Shown: positions 62,430-64,000 of the stretch, one piece after another | Position numbering within the stretch: position 1 is the stretch's first letter | Layout of the letters: the number at the start of each line of letters is the position of its first letter | Origin: an uncultured Balneolaceae bacterium | GTDB lineage: Bacteria; Bacteroidota; Rhodothermia; Balneolales; Balneolaceae | Direction: 5' to 3' | DNA: 64,000 nt | NCBI GenBank assembly: GCA_963977025.1 | Contig: CAXBMW010000002.1 | Location: 57,641 to 121,640 of the forward strand | The notes under the pieces: generated by a model | Database searches by the model: none | The model's input: only the letters and a program-made list of their open reading frames with translations | What the model was told of the DNA's origin: nothing | Position numbers and translations under genes: made by a program

Positions 62430-64000
62430 TTATTTAATTGCTGAAAAAGCTGCATCTGCTACAGCGGCTCTAATTTGGCTAATTTTTTTACCAAATGTTC
62501 GTTTGGGATAAACTCTATTGGTAAGTAATATAACAGCCATATTTTTTTCTCGGTCAATCCACATACTAGTACCTGTAAAGCCAAGGTGACCAAAAGTATC
62601 GTTACTCGAAAGTTGGCCAGCTGTAGTAAAACCAGTTGGGCTTTTTCGATCAAAGCCAAAGCCTCTTCCACTGATATCTGATTGTTGACTCGTAAACTGT
62701 TGCACTATTTCTGGAGCAATATATTGTGTGCTGCCATAGCGTCCATCATTTAACAACATTGTGGCGAATTTTCCCATGTCTGAAGTTGTTGAAAATAAAC
62801 CTGCATGCCCAGCAACGCCATCCATAAAATATGCGCGTTCATCATGTACATTCCCCTGAACAAGTCCGCGTTCAAAAATATCATCAAATTCTGTTGGGTG
62901 AACGCGATCTGAATACCAACGGCTTACTTTTTTTGGATTAAAATAGGTGGAACTCATTTCCATTGGGTAATAAAATTCACGCCTCATAAAAGCGTCAATT
63001 TGTTGCTTGGTGATGGTTTCCACAATTTCAGCCATCAAAATCATTCCTAAATCGCTGTACACATACTCAGTTCCAGTTTCATAAGTAAGAGGTTCGTTTT
63101 TTACAGCATTGATGATTTCAGGTCTAGTTTTAAGCGAATCTACATATACACGGAAGGGAGGAAGCCCCGATTGATGGAGTAAAAGATCTTTTATTAGAAT
63201 ATGTTCTTTTTCTGGTGTCTTATACTCAGGGATATATCGCCAAACTTCGTCATCCAAACTAAGTTTGCCGTCAGTTATTAATTTCATAGCCGCGGTAGTG
63301 GTAGACATCACCTTAGTTATAGAAGCTAAATCGAACACGTCTGTATTGCGAGTTTTTTTGAGTTTATCATAAGTCCAATATCCAACCGCTTTATTAAAAA
63401 CCATCTTTCCGTCTTTAATAACGGCAGCTACTGCACCTGGGAAAACGGAATCTCGAATAGCTTCTTGTAGGATATCTTCAATCTTATATAACTCCGTAGA
63501 ACTGAGTCCAACTTCCTCAGGATCGCCATATCCCATTATTTCCTGTTTGTAAGAAAGACCATCTCCAATCGTGTACATTCCAGGAATAGTGATTGTTAGT
63601 TTACCAGTAATATCTTGCGCACCAAATAGCGCATGAGCAACGGCATGAGTTTGGTCTTCGGTGTTGTACCAACCAATAGCGTGAACATCAGTCTCAGGAA
63701 GCTCGCTAAGTAGGTAGGGATTGCCAAAAGCAATAAGTACTGATGGCTTTTTACTCTTTAATAATTTCCGAAGAAAAGAATGTTGAGTCCTATTGAATTG
63801 AATAGATCTACTTGAGTTGAATCCTATAAATGCACCAATAATTACTAAATCGGCTGTCTGAGAGCTTTTAATAATTTTCTGAATATCAGCAGCACTAGTT
63901 CTTTTGTCATAGGCATAAAAAGAAACATGGGGGTGGAAATCTCTCAAAGATGAAGCAAAAGATGCCCCTGTTTCACCAGAAGAACTCTCAGAAACAGAAA
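62430..64000 (-). CDS. GH3 C-terminal domain fused to a beta-lactamase-fold serine hydrolase (partial; N-terminus lies beyond the window)
   Basis: The frame stays open to the window edge (...SVSESSSGETGASFASSLRDFHPH...). The listed M at 63947 is a TTG codon inside the gene. The upstream part resembles a GH3 (NagZ/BglX-type) C-terminal domain (LVIIGAFIG...VLIAFGNPYLL...AHALFGAQDITGKLTITIPG). The downstream part has S-x-x-K (DLASITKVMS) and H-x-G (FGHLGFTGT). Confidence 0.85.
   Translation of the reverse strand, partial: SVSESSSGETGASFASSLRDFHPHVSFYAYDKRTSAADIQKIIKSSQTADLVIIGAFIGFNSSRSIQFNRTQHSFLRKLLKSKKPSVLIAFGNPYLLSELPETDVHAIGWYNTEDQTHAVAHALFGAQDITGKLTITIPGMYTIGDGLSYKQEIMGYGDPEEVGLSSTELYKIEDILQEAIRDSVFPGAVAAVIKDGKMVFNKAVGYWTYDKLKKTRNTDVFDLASITKVMSTTTAAMKLITDGKLSLDDEVWRYIPEYKTPEKEHILIKDLLLHQSGLPPFRVYVDSLKTRPEIINAVKNEPLTYETGTEYVYSDLGMILMAEIVETITKQQIDAFMRREFYYPMEMSSTYFNPKKVSRWYSDRVHPTEFDDIFERGLVQGNVHDERAYFMDGVAGHAGLFSTTSDMGKFATMLLNDGRYGSTQYIAPEIVQQFTSQQSDISGRGFGFDRKSPTGFTTAGQLSSNDTFGHLGFTGTSMWIDREKNMAVILLTNRVYPKRTFGKKISQIRAAVADAAFSAIK

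Noticed and set aside
1-64000. Search for CRISPR arrays, tRNA/rRNA genes, prophage or phage-defence systems, toxin-antitoxin pairs and biosynthetic gene clusters
   Set aside because: I saw no regularly spaced direct repeats and no tRNA-like T-arm/acceptor patterns. I also saw no integrase, transposase, nuclease, helicase or methyltransferase gene sets, and no PKS/NRPS/RiPP hallmarks. Every large ORF is accounted for by metabolic, transport or signalling functions.

Overview
This 64-kb chromosomal segment comes from an FCB-group bacterium (Bacteroidota, Balneolota or Rhodothermota-like). That assignment is an inference from three type-A T9SS C-terminal sorting domains, a SusC-like TonB receptor, HisKA_2 kinases and many lipoboxes. 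The window is almost fully coding. Genes run on the + strand up to about 59.2 kb and on the - strand after that. There are five blocks. (1) 1-6.5 kb: the tail of a sugar ABC transporter, then an operon with a toroid-like lipoprotein, two short GH130 enzymes and a large GDE_C-like hydrolase. (2) 6.5-14.5 kb: a heavy-metal efflux operon. Its CzcA-type RND pump is fused in frame to a TolC/CzcC-type outer-membrane factor (1467 aa). It is followed by czcB, a PII-like protein, a small lipoprotein and czcD. (3) 14.9-30.9 kb: a clade II (Sec-type) nitrous-oxide reductase cluster (cytochrome c, nosZ, nosB-like, nosL, nosD, nosF, nosY). It is bracketed by two paralogous multi-PAS HisKA_2 kinases and a receiver-only response regulator. 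A PAP2 phosphatase and an unassigned 599-aa cytoplasmic protein also lie in this block. (4) 30.9-58.1 kb: a beta-mannan utilisation locus with a divergent ROK regulator and a SusC-like receptor that has no SusD. The locus also holds a T9SS-secreted beta-helix/CBM protein, an SSF symporter, a GH130 mannosylglucose phosphorylase and a cellobiose-2-epimerase-like AGE. The remaining genes are two GH5, four GH26, a formylglycine sulfatase, an aldo-keto reductase and a phosphoesterase with a CBM9-like domain. This block contains decayed GH26 fragments flanking an opposite-strand lipoprotein gene. (5) 58.2-64 kb: two NTF2-like proteins, then on the minus strand a VanX-like dipeptidase, a class-A-like serine hydrolase and an unlisted 58-aa histone-H1-like gene. 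A tandem-domain cytidine deaminase and a partial GH3/beta-lactamase-fold fusion complete the block. I found no rRNA, tRNA, CRISPR, transposase, integrase or recognisable phage-defence genes. The best candidates for undescribed biology are the RND-OMF fusion with the PII-like gene, the SusD-less receptor paired with a T9SS beta-helix protein, the sulfatase inside a beta-mannan locus, and the sensory module plus unknown protein around the NosR-less nos cluster. All product calls come from reading motifs by eye. No database search was run.
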